Source of the DNA: Podarcis cretensis
Lineage: Eukaryota
DNA length: 64,000 bases
Assembly: GCA_951804945.1 (NCBI GenBank)
Contig: OX638158.1
Span: 37,448,001-37,512,000 of the forward strand
Reading direction: 5' to 3'
This document shows positions 1-11,100 of the stretch, in pieces. The number at the start of each line of letters is the position of its first letter. Position 1 is the stretch's first letter. The translations under genes were made by a program, and so were the position numbers. The notes beneath the pieces are model-generated. The model was not told the DNA's origin and made no database searches. It saw only the letters and a program-made list of their open reading frames with translations.

Positions 1-710
1 TATTAGAATTGGAATTGCATAGAATACAAAAATAATATTATAAGAAATAAAAGAAGCAATTAAAATACCATTAAAAACAAATGTGAATATTTAACACGAT
101 TGATGTGCCATGGAACACCGTGCAGACAACAGTTTGGGAACCCCGATATTACAATGTGGTGCTAAGCAAACATGTAAAGGCTATGAATTCATTTGTCTTA
201 ATCACAGTCATAAAACTGAGAGACTCCTAACTGCAGATAGGATGAGGCATAGAACCTGAGTTCCACTGCAAGGAGAAATGGGGATGGACAGGTGGGGGAA
301 CTGTTTTCAGAAAACCTCCCAATAGAAAGAAAAAATAGGGAAGAGGTGAAGGATAGAAGTGACAGGGATTAACACACATTAAATAACAGAAACACAGGGA
401 AAGATGAGATCATGGAATAGATGATTTAGTGGAGGAGACAAATGCACCTCCAAAGTAGATTTTTTTCAAAGCACATGGGGACTTGGCTGATGCAGGTGTC
501 AGAGGATGGAGTGGTTTGTGGACAAGGGCAATGTATCTATAATTATATACAGTACTGGATGTCTTCACAATGCAGCCAGAAACCTGCCATGTGTGTCAAT
601 CACAGGCACTGCTGCCAAACCTTGAGCACAGCATGTCCAAGGGATTATGATATGACACTGGAGCAAAAAGTTGGGGGCAAATCTATTACTTATACTTAGA
701 AAGAAAAAAA

Positions 711-1585
711 AGAACATCGGAATAGACCTCCTGGATCAGGCCAAAGACCCTTCCAGTCTGGCTTCTAGTTCTCACAGTGGCCAACCAGATGCCCAGTGGA
801 AACCCACAAGCAGAATCTGAACACAACAGTGCTCTCCCCACTTGCTGACACCTAGCAACTGCCATTCAGAGGCAGACTGCTTCAGCTATGGGGGCAAATA
901 GCCATTGATAGCCTTACGCTCTATGAATATGTCTCATTCAATTTTAAAGTCTTCCAAGTTGGCCATCACAACCTCTTGCTGGAGTGAATTCCACAGGTTA
1001 ACTATATGTTGTGTGAAGAAATACTTTCTTTTGTCTGCCTGAAGCTTCCAATATTCCATTTCACTGAATGTCCATGACTTCTGGCGTTCTGGGGACGCCG
1101 ACGACAAAACCTTTTCTCTGTTCACTTTCTTCACACCATACATAATGTTACACACTTCTATCATGTCTCCTCTTACCTGCCTTTTCTCTAAACTAAAAAG
1201 TTCCAAATGTTGTAACGTTTCCTAACAGTAGAGTTGCTCCTTCACCTTGATCCTTTGAGTTGCTGTTTTCTGAATCTTCCCAATTCCACAATATCCTTTT
1301 TGAGGTGGATCAACCAGAATGCTACAAATTATTCCAACTGTGGTCGCACCATAGATAATAGCATGGAGTTTGCTTTATTTCACAGCTGCCACATACTGGG
1401 TTGACATCTTCACTGAGCTATCTACTATGACCCCAAGGTCTTGCTCCAGGTCAGTCACTGCCAGTTCAGACCCCATAAACATATATATGAAATTAAGATG
1501 TTTTGTGCTGACTTGCATCACTTTATACTTGTTTACATTGCATTACACCTGCCATTTTACTGCCTAATCACTCAGTTTGGAGTGA
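711..1585 (-). mobile_element. CR1 LINE 3' fragment (degenerate)
   Basis: ORF 934-1206(-) reads LFSLEKRQVRGDMIEV...RKYFFTQHIVNLWNSLQQEVV, the typical CR1 ORF2 C-terminus, followed by a CR1-type 3'UTR. Boundaries approximate. Confidence 0.85.
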
Positions 1586-1994
1586 TATTTTTTTCAGTTT
1601 TAGAGAAGATTTAAATTAGTTCTTCTGTTCTAAGAGAATACTTAATTCAATGTAGTATGAGGTGAGCTAATTGTGAAGCACTGGGTCCTAAAATGTTATT
1701 TTTTTTCTATGTGAACAATGGCAGGATATAATTCCTCTGAGTCATCTACTAAAATATTCCAAGATTTTGACCTTAATTAAACTGCATGGTGTCTAATTAT
1801 TGCTTTTGTAAATTTTAATACCAACTACTTAATAAGAACCAAAACAACTAATTAATACCTCATTTATGCTTTTCCTCTGTTTTCATATGAAACTTTTAAA
1901 ACAATCTACAAGCAGGCTTCAAATAGACATTTCACATCATCTGTGTCCATAAGCAATGTTAAACCATGGTTTAAAATAAATGTGCTGCATGGGG

Positions 1995-2256
1995 AAGAAG
2001 AAGAAGAAGAAGAAGAGGAGGAATTTGGACTTGATATCCTGCCTTTCACTCCCCTTAAGGAGTCTCAAAGCGGCTAACAATCTCCTTTCCCTTCCTCCCC
2101 CACAACAAACACTCTGTGAGATGAGTGGGGCTGAGAGATTTCAGAGAAGTGTGACTAGCCCAAGGTCACCCAGCAGCTGCATGTGGAGGAGCGGGGACAC
2201 GAACCCGGTTCACCAGATTATGAGTCCACCGCTCTTAGCCACTACACCACACTGGC
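1995..2256 (-). mobile_element. tRNA-derived squamate SINE (Squam3-like) with (CTT)n tail
   Basis: Minus strand begins GCCAGTGTGGTGTAGTGGCTAAGAGC (A box) ... GGTTCG (B box), has a CORE-like GGTGACCTTGGGCTAGTCAC and ends in a CTT microsatellite. Confidence 0.8.
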
Positions 2257-3989
2257 CTGGACATAAACCAAACTCTGGCCTGTTGCTATGTGCAATCCTG
2301 GGACCATGGTTTGTTTCCATGGTTTGTTTGGTGGTGAACCAAAGTTTGTTCTTCATGGATTTGTTTGGAGGAAATTCAAAATATAAACTTTTAGGAAAAA
2401 GTGGCTTCTTCCTTATAATACAATTTCCCCCCTTAATGAAGCTTGGTGGCTCTGAATAAAACTCAAGAAAACTAAAGAACTGGTTGAAAGGATGTGTTTT
2501 TCCCGTTTCCCTTATTTTTAAACTTTACTTAATCCTATGTTATACTGGCCTTGATCCAGATAAAGAGATGCAAGTGTGTACAACACATTGGATCAGAAAT
2601 CATACATTAACTGGATGCACATCTAAAGGCAGATGATGCGTTTCTATGCTGTACATTGGAATGTGCAGCTCCTATTCACATCATTTGGTCTTAGTGGGAA
2701 GAACCATCGCCATGGACACAATAGGGTTTACTTTTGAGTAAACACCCATACATCTGTCACAAGACTCAAAAGTGATAGACTTTCTCTGGAAGGAAGAGCA
2801 AGGAAAGTGCTGCAAGAGTAATTAGGAAATTTCCTGTTCACTACAATTCTGTGACTTGACAGTTAAGAGGTTTGCTGTTATAATAAGAGGATTTCCCCAG
2901 GTTTTCCAAGCAGCTTGCCCTAGATAATTCAAACTACAACTCCCATAAGTGCTGGCAATCACTGCCCATTGCCCCTGCTCTCTCTGGTCAATGGGAGCTG
3001 TAGTCACAACAACATATTTGGATGGTTCCCTTTGGAGGAAAGCTGACTGGGCCCACATCATCTTCACAGCCACAGTGAAGATAGTAATCTCTATAGTCCA
3101 GAACTCCAGATAACAAATAGCACTGAGATTTGCAGCTGCTGGCCCTTCCTTCCATCACCATTTGCCACCTTTTAAATGCCCTTCTAATTTTGCCAGCTAC
3201 ATAGTAATCTTCCCCCACAAGCAGCCTAGCTACAGCCTCTGGATGAACCTCAAGGGTAGCTAATACTAATATTTATACCCCACTTATCTGTCTGGGTTGC
3301 CCCAGCCCTCTGGAACTTTAGAAGTCCCTGTGATCTTTTGATCATCCAGTGAAGAACAGCCTCTAACTAAAGCAGAAAGCAATCATTTTACAACCCCCAA
3401 AATCAACAATCGTTGAAACGCTTTCATTCCTTCACACCTTCCTGTCCTGTTTGTGGTCTTTCCAAAGGGATCTGTTTTGCTACTCTGGGAAACAGGACTT
3501 TTGACGAGATAGGCCTTTTGTCTGATTCAGCTGGGCTCTTATGTTCTTTGCTAATTGTAGGGGCCCGTAAAACCACTGCTTTGTAAAGCTTTCAAGACTG
3601 CTTTGGTGATTAAAACAACAAGGAGTCTTGCGGCATCTTGCCTTGTTCATGGAGTCTGGTACTAAATGGAGGGGGTTAGTTCTCGCAAGAGCGCAGAACA
3701 TGCAACCCAAGAATTTATTCTGTGCAGAAACTGTGGGGACTGTGGAGCACGATTGTGGGACCGTGGGATCTGGAGTTAAGGAGGCCAGAGGAAAATGTGG
3801 GGCTGATATTTACAGGCTTACCTCTGATATCTGAACGCCCTGGACTGAAAACTCACATATGCTCAATTTTCCTATGCCACCACAACTCCTATGTGTGGAC
3901 ATGGCTGGAGCCATACCTGGAGCAGAGCACTCTACGCATGCCTAGGAGCACGCTTTCCTTTCGTTTTGATTCCTATCCGTGGCTGGATT

Positions 3990-5150
3990 AGGTCCTGGAA
4001 GCAGATCGTGGGGCCCGCTCCTCCTCACGGGCGATCCTTGGGCGCCTAAGCCCTGTCAACAGAAGTGGGGCGTGAGGATGAGAAACTTCCCCTCTCCGCC
4101 GCGCGTCGCTTTAGGGGAGGACGGCGGCGGCGGCGGCGGCAGCAGCGAGGAAGCGGCCGTTCCCGCCGTGCCTGAGGGAAAGCGCCGCCAATTCTACTCG
4201 CCCTTATCGGAAGAGACTTCGAAGAGCAACTCAGCCCCTCTTTCCCGCCCGAGACCCCGGCTCCTTCACGGGGCGGACGGATGAGGAAAGAGCCCCGAGG
4301 CCTCCGCCCTCCTCGCGGCCAGTCCCAGAGGGTGGCACCTCCTCGCGGCGCCGCCTCCTGCTCCCGCCCCAGTCCTGGCAGCGCCGCCTCCGCCTCCTCC
4401 TCTGTCAGGGAGCGACGGGAGCAAGTTGGGCCGGGCCGAGCGAGCAGGGCTTGGAGTGGCCCCGTGATTAGGGGATGACTCCCGGGAGCTGGCCGTGCTG
4501 AGCTCGGACTTGTCGCCGCCGCCGCCGCCGCCGCCCTGGAGGGGACGTGACCTCCGCCGCAATGTTTAGGAGGATTTTGCAGAGGGTAAGAGAGCGGCGG
4601 CGGCGGCGGCGGCGGCGGCGAGAGGGCGTTTCTTCCGCCGCTGCGGCGCTTGCCTGCCCGGGCTGGAGCAGCAGGAGCAGGAGCACGGGGAGGGACGGAG
4701 GGAGCCGCACTTCCTGGAGTCTGATCGAGGGACAGACAACCGGCACCTGACCGGGGTCTTTCCTTCCTCACGCACACGCCTATAGACACGAGCCCATCCC
4801 AGCAGCAGGGAACCTGGCTGCTGCCCGCTTCCTGGCCCTTGGGGCCGGCTCGCCAGCCGCCACCGCTGCGGCGGCGCTTCCCTCACTTCCCTCTTCTCCA
4901 GGCCGTAGCTGCTGGTGCGATGAGGCCCTTCTTCTTCCCTTGCTCATTCATGGCCGGGGAAAGTGGCCCAGGCAACTGGCTGAGCTGGGCCTGGAGCAAC
5001 AGGGGCGTCGGGCGATTCTGCCGCTTGGCGGGGGGTGGAGGGGTGGAGGAAAGGGCCCACGCCTGTTCCCGTGGGGGGGATTTGGGGAGGTGGGGGTGCG
5101 CTGTTAGGTTTTAGGTCCCTGCCAGAGGGTTGGGGTCGAGACGAGGGTGG
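3990..5150. promoter_or_regulatory. CpG island / EEA1 promoter, 5'UTR and first exon region
   Basis: Abrupt GC- and CpG-rich stretch with GC boxes (GGGCGG/CCGCCC) and GCC/GGC runs around the EEA1 start codon; flanks are AT-rich and CpG-poor. Boundaries approximate. Confidence 0.9.
4562..4585 (+). CDS. EEA1: EEA1 coding exon 1 (MFRRILQR)
   Basis: ATG at 4562 in gccgcaATG context; donor AGG|gtaaga; matches EEA1 N-terminus. Confidence 0.95.
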
Positions 5151-8100
5151 GATAGGGGGCGAGGAAGTTCAGGGGCGGGAGGAGGGGTGAACTACAGAAG
5201 GGGAGCAATGGGGAGTGCGAAGGAAATGGAGTCTCATTTGTCTCCCCCGCCCCCAATATGTGGGGCCCAGGCAGCTTCTGAAGGGGCTTCGGCCTTCCTC
5301 CTGCCCATCTGGTTCCAGTTGCCTTAGCAGAGTAGCCTGGTGCGGAAGGCCTCCTGGCACTTGACGGGGTTAATCACGGCTGGTTTCTCCCTCTGACAGG
5401 GAGGTGTCTCTGTTGAGGGTGGAAGGCATTACTCACTGACTCTTCCAAGGCTCGTGCTATTAAATATTGCAGCAGATTAAATCTCTGTTTGAAGTCGCAC
5501 ATGTTTGTATGCATGTCTTTGGATCTTGTACACTTCCCTCTGGGGTTGGCTGTGTTCTCAGGTGGGAAAATAGTGGCAGTGTGTATTCAGTGGCTGACAA
5601 CTGGTTGGGGCAGCACATGCCATTTGCCACTGACATGGACTGTGAGAGAGGAGAGGAATGAAAAGGGGGAAAATCTAGCAAATCAAACACTGCTGAGTCC
5701 TGTGCTTGTAAGTACAGTAGTTAGTAGCAGTTAATGCACAGAGTGCATAGGACATTAGCCTGCCATGGTGGTCAAGTAATTCCCAGGGCTAGGGGAACTA
5801 TTAAAAGCTCCTGACTAAAATATGCCTTCAGAAGCCATGGCATCCTCCATGCTCTCTGCCCTGGTCTTTGAAATTATATTCAACTGAAAGCATGGGGACT
5901 TCTTACCCCAGAATAAAAAAAACTGACTTAACATTCCTCTCTATGCTTACCACCCCCCTCTTCCATGATAGGGGGAGTTTTAAAACCAGTGGCAAACTGA
6001 ATGGTGCTTAAAGTACTTTTGGGAGGCAGAGGCTCCTACCATTGTGTGATTATGTATTTGCTTATTTGAGTAGATGGAAGTGTCTCACATTCACATATGG
6101 GCCCATGATATGAACTTACACATACATAACATGGAACTACTACTGTGACCATTACTTCAGAGTAAGTGCACCATCACCCTTCCTAGTACAGTCGTACCTT
6201 GGAAGTCAAATGGAATCTGTTCCGCTGGTCTGTTCAACTTCCAAAGCACGGCTTCTGATTGGCTGCAGGAAGCCAATTGGAAGCCGCAGAAGCCCTGCCA
6301 GACGTTCAGCTTCCAAAAATAGTTTGCAAGCCGGAACAGTCACTTCCGGGTTTGCGACGTTCGGGAGCCAAAATGTTCAAGAACTAAGCTATTTGAAAAC
6401 CAAGGTACGACTGTACTCTTGCTAATCACCTTCTTTATCACCACCTTTGATATACGCTTGAATACTGACATGTGTCAGATATAACGTACATAACAGAGGT
6501 GATTTCTCACCTGGCAGAGAAGGTCCTATGGCTTCTTAGCAATGTAGATACTTCAGTGACTCATAAATTTGCTCTTTTTGCCAAAAAGATCAGAAAGAAG
6601 ACCTTGGGCAATATAGCAGTAAACTGTAAGGGAGTCGCAGAGATCTAAATGAAGACCATTATTCGTGGCGCAACACCCCTTTTGCTTGTATTTTTTATTT
6701 AGATTTGCCGTGGCCAATGGCTAGTACAATAAACTTATTTGGATTGGATTGGAGGTACAGAATAGTGGCATTTCTGCTTCACATTTATGTGGTGAGAGTT
6801 TTCAGGCTCATATCCACAGTAATCTTGGGTAGTTCACAGTTATTTGACTTTCCTATTCTTCTGTTGACTTGTAAACCCAAGTTAACACATACCGTGTGTT
6901 GAATATCTTGCTAGTCCATGAACACTGTGGCTGTCTTCTGTAGCTCTGCCCTTAATCTTGGTCATTGCTTATATTCAAAACTATCTTGCCGTCATGGGCA
7001 TAGCAGCCACCCCCCTAAATCAATCAAAATCAATACAAATCTGAGGTTCTACCCCTCAAACAAAAGCCTGCCCCCCCAACAAAAATCCTGGCTATGGCAA
7101 TGCTTGCTCTTATCTGTCTTGCTAATTATTTCCTTTATCACATGGTGATATTGTGAGGAGGCCATAGCTCATGCTATGCTTATGCCAGTTTCGGTCCCTG
7201 ACTTCACCAGTTAAAGGATCTGTGATGGCAGGGCTTGGAAAAATATCTATGGATTGTACTGAGCTAGATTCATTAATGGTCTGACTTGGACACTTCCATA
7301 CTTTCATATACACCGGGGGTGGGGGTGGGGTGGGGAGCATTGGTTCAAGGGGCCAAATGCAGCCCCTCAGGACTTTCCCCAGGCTACATCCTTCCCTCAC
7401 TTTGCTCCACATCCTTCTCCACACATTCTGGAAAATGTCGTAGAACTGTAACAGTGCCTGTTGCTTGGCTGGGGAGTTGTACGTATGGAAACCTCTGGCT
7501 TTTGCTTGGCTGGACTGTAGCCTACAATCCAAAGATAAGAGTAACATCTGTTTCCCCAAGCACTGATGGTATGCACCCAACATATAAAGAAGATTGACCA
7601 TGAGAGAATGTAGTTTCGGACTGAAAAAGGTTACTGACCCTGATATGAAATATTTCAGCACGCCAGTCAGTAAGAAAAAGAAGGGCTGATTTCTGTTCTG
7701 ATGCTATGGAAGCAGGAGAAGGGACAAGGAAGGATCTTCTGTAGGTAAAAACTTAGATATTGAAAGTGAACATAATAGAAACAAGAGTACCATAATATAG
7801 AGGGTTTTTTTCAGTTGTGGATTGACTCATTGAAGACCAAAGGTGATTCTTGCCTCTTCTGTGGGTTTACCTGTAAGCTGTTCAGAATGGAGTTGAGTCA
7901 CTTAGCTCACTGAAAGAGAATGCTCCATTGAAAGAGAATGCTCCAGTCTTATAATGCCAGTGCCATGAAACACTAAAATCATGCGGTGAAAACTGCATCC
8001 TAGATGTTTGATACCCACTTTGAATGCTTAGAAGATTTTTGTGTAGTTTGCTGGTAATTAGCTTAGTTGTTTTTGATGAAGGAAGACTTATGTTTTTACT

Positions 8101-11100
8101 GTGGATTTGGTGAGATCTTCAAGATGTGTTAAGAGTATCTTTTATCACTAAGAGCCTGTTCTTCTAATGTGTGTACTTTATTGCTCGGTGCAATTTCTAC
8201 AAGATTATTATAGTTTGCAGTTTCCTTATCTACTTATGATTTCCCAGGTAATGACCAACTTTATATATAACAAGTGAAATAAGAACAAAAAAGGTACCCT
8301 CTGATGTGCTGAGCTAGAGGTAGTAAATGCATGGGAGGGCTGGATGAAGCCTGCCAAACTGCTGCCAAGTAGTCTTCCACCTGCTTGCTGAATTGGGTGT
8401 GCCTTCTCTTATCTGCAAATGCACCTCTTCTCCCTTTGGCACAGTGCCATTGGTAGGTGCTCAGGAAACAGGAATGAGTACTTCTTCCTCTTCCTGAACA
8501 GTAAGATCTTCTTCATAATGGTGCCGAGTCAGAGGAAGAAGAGGTGCCTTTGAAGGTAAACAGATGGGGAGAAAGCACCCCAACAGCGCACTCTCATCTC
8601 AGCCATGTGCACTGATGCAATTTGAAACTCCATCACAGTGCTGGGCTTTGTAGAGTTTTAAACTTCTCCTCCTAGTTCAGTGCTGTGATAGAGAAATAGC
8701 CTCATTGCAGTGCTAGGATGAGAGTGCTAGGATGGAGTAATATATGCCTACATATGCAGGGTTGCTTGCATGTATGTGTGAGAGAAGTGTATGTGTGAAT
8801 GAAGCGTGCCTGTGTTTGCGCACTATGCATCCGTGTGATATGTGAGTGTGCACCTTATTATTATCTATTACTAGGTATTTCATTTAAAAATTGCTTCCCA
8901 TAAGACAATTTACAATATAATTAAAACCTGTGAAACAGTTGCATATATAAAACATTATGATTAGAACATTAGAACAACAGCAATATATAAAAGCAATTCA
9001 AACTCTGTGCAACTATCAACTGGAATAAATATCTCCATATAGAAGGCTTGATGAAAGAGGAATGTCTTTAGTAGGCACTGAAATAAAATAAAGAGGGCAC
9101 ATGTCTGATATATAATGGGAGGAAGTTACAAAGGGTGGGTAGGAGGCCCCATGCATCTCTGCATAGGCACAACCACTTTGGCCGTGATCACTGTTGTGCA
9201 CATGCTGAATGTGGTCCTTGGGCCAAAAAGGTTAATTGTCCCAACTCTGAGATGGCCCAGTTGCCCTCTTGTTGTTGTTGATAATGATGGTGATGAAGAT
9301 TACTATACTTTTCCTTCATTTACAAGTGAAAGGTTTTCTATATGTGATTTCTTTAAAAAGATCAAATAAGTACTGTGTACATTATTGTCAATCAGATTTT
9401 CTTTAAAATATGGCACTACTGTGTCTGTTAAAATGTAGAATGGCTACCATATTTGAAAAAAATTAACTGCCATGGTAGCTTCAGTCTAGAGAAGGACAGG
9501 TGGAAGATCCATGCATTCACTAGGCCTTAAAAATGTTCAGCTGTTCCGCAAAAGTTTTTTTTTAAAATGCCACTGAACATGTTCAGTGTCTAGCATATGC
9601 ACAAAATGCCTGTGTTAAAAAATAAATAAGTAAGGCGAGATCTATGCTTTAAAAACAAAGCTTGTGCTACAGTACTTCACTGAGTTGCTTATGGGAAATG
9701 CATAAAGCCAAGGCAACATACATGTGTCTTTAAACATCCATGGAGCCTAGAGAATTATTGGACGATTGATAGTTTTTATTACACATTCTACTAATAAGAT
9801 AAAGGTTCTTATTTTGTGATAGTGCCAACCTGTATGCTCGTTGCTATAGCTCTAACGCTCCTGCTCAGTTTGTACATTTGAATATAGTTGGAGGCACTAG
9901 TGTAATTTCCTGTTACTTTAGAACAGAGAATTTAAACAATTCACATGTGCATCTGTTGCAAAAGATTTTATAAAGTATGACTGATTTAATATCTATTTAT
10001 TTCTTGCAATACAGTAAGGAAATATATTACATCTGCCTTTTTGTTTTCAGACTCCGGGCAGAGTTGGATCTCAGAGTTCTGACTCCGATTCATCTGCAGT
10101 CCCAGGAAATGCAGTGGATGTCAACAATGAGAGCTCTTCAGAGGTACTGTATTACAATATTACAATAATACAATATTACAATAATACATCGCCTTAGATT
10201 GAACTTAGATTTGTTCTAAACCTTGGATCTGACCTCTTGGGAAAAATTGCCTAGGAATGCTTACTCCTACTTATTTCAATGTTCAGTGTTTAGTTGCATT
10301 GAATATCTTGCAATATTGCATAAAATGTTGTTTTGCGTTGTGTTTGGTTCTCCATTTGGTGAATCCCATATTTTGTATATATTTGCTGCCACAGAAAATC
10401 TGAGCATTGTGCTGCCTTTTTTGACATTCAGTTTGCTTCCAATGTTTTAAAATATATACATGCCTAAAAGCAACTGTTTCACAGGGCTTCATCTGTCCAG
10501 TGTGCATGAAAATGTGTGTTACTGCCACTGATCTGTCTGAACATTACCAAGAGCACGTTGGGATAGAAACAAGAAGATTGGAGCTTCGTGAACCGCCTAC
10601 TGCCACTGTGGGTCTTGTTTATTTGGCTTCAGTGGCTTGGTTCTGGGATGCTTGGAAAAATAAGTGCTTTTCCTTTCTGGTTGCTCTGGTGTGGGCCCTT
10701 TCAGCTTTTCTGGATACTTCCTACTCTAGGAATATACAGGGTGTATTGGTGGTTGTTGGGTTTTTTAGTGGTGGTGGTGTTATATCCATAACAGAAGGCT
10801 AGTGTCAGATATTGTATGTCCTGACAGTGTCTTGTGGATCCTTCTTTCTGATTTGCAGCTGCCTTTTGTGGAATGGCTGTGGTATCAAAGATTGGCATTT
10901 ACATATTGAAAATAGCTTTGCATGTTTTTGTTCCTCATGTAGTTATTTGAACAACTTGATACATGAATTTTCTCCGGCATATTTCATTGTGAACTTACAG
11001 AACAGGATATAAAATCATTTTCCCATTTAAGTGTTTGTGGCTTGACAGACTTGTTCACTAGAAATTCTGCTTCTAGGTTTCTGGATATAGAGCTATATTG

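Noticed and set aside
4547-4561. In-frame GTG giving a 5-aa N-terminal extension
   Set aside because: The ATG at 4562 matches the conserved EEA1 start and has good context
3979-5360. Many overlapping long ORFs on both strands (e.g. 4046-4789 minus, 247 aa)
   Set aside because: Low-complexity Arg/Pro/Ala/Gly translations expected from a stop-poor CpG island; no recognisable domain
10608-10802. Read-through of the duplicated finger exon to a stop at 10800, giving a 144-aa finger plus hydrophobic tail (membrane-anchored mini-EEA1)
   Set aside because: The hydrophobic W/V/L/F bias is explained by the UG-rich intronic tract, and a plausible in-frame donor exists at 10608. Not excluded, but less parsimonious.
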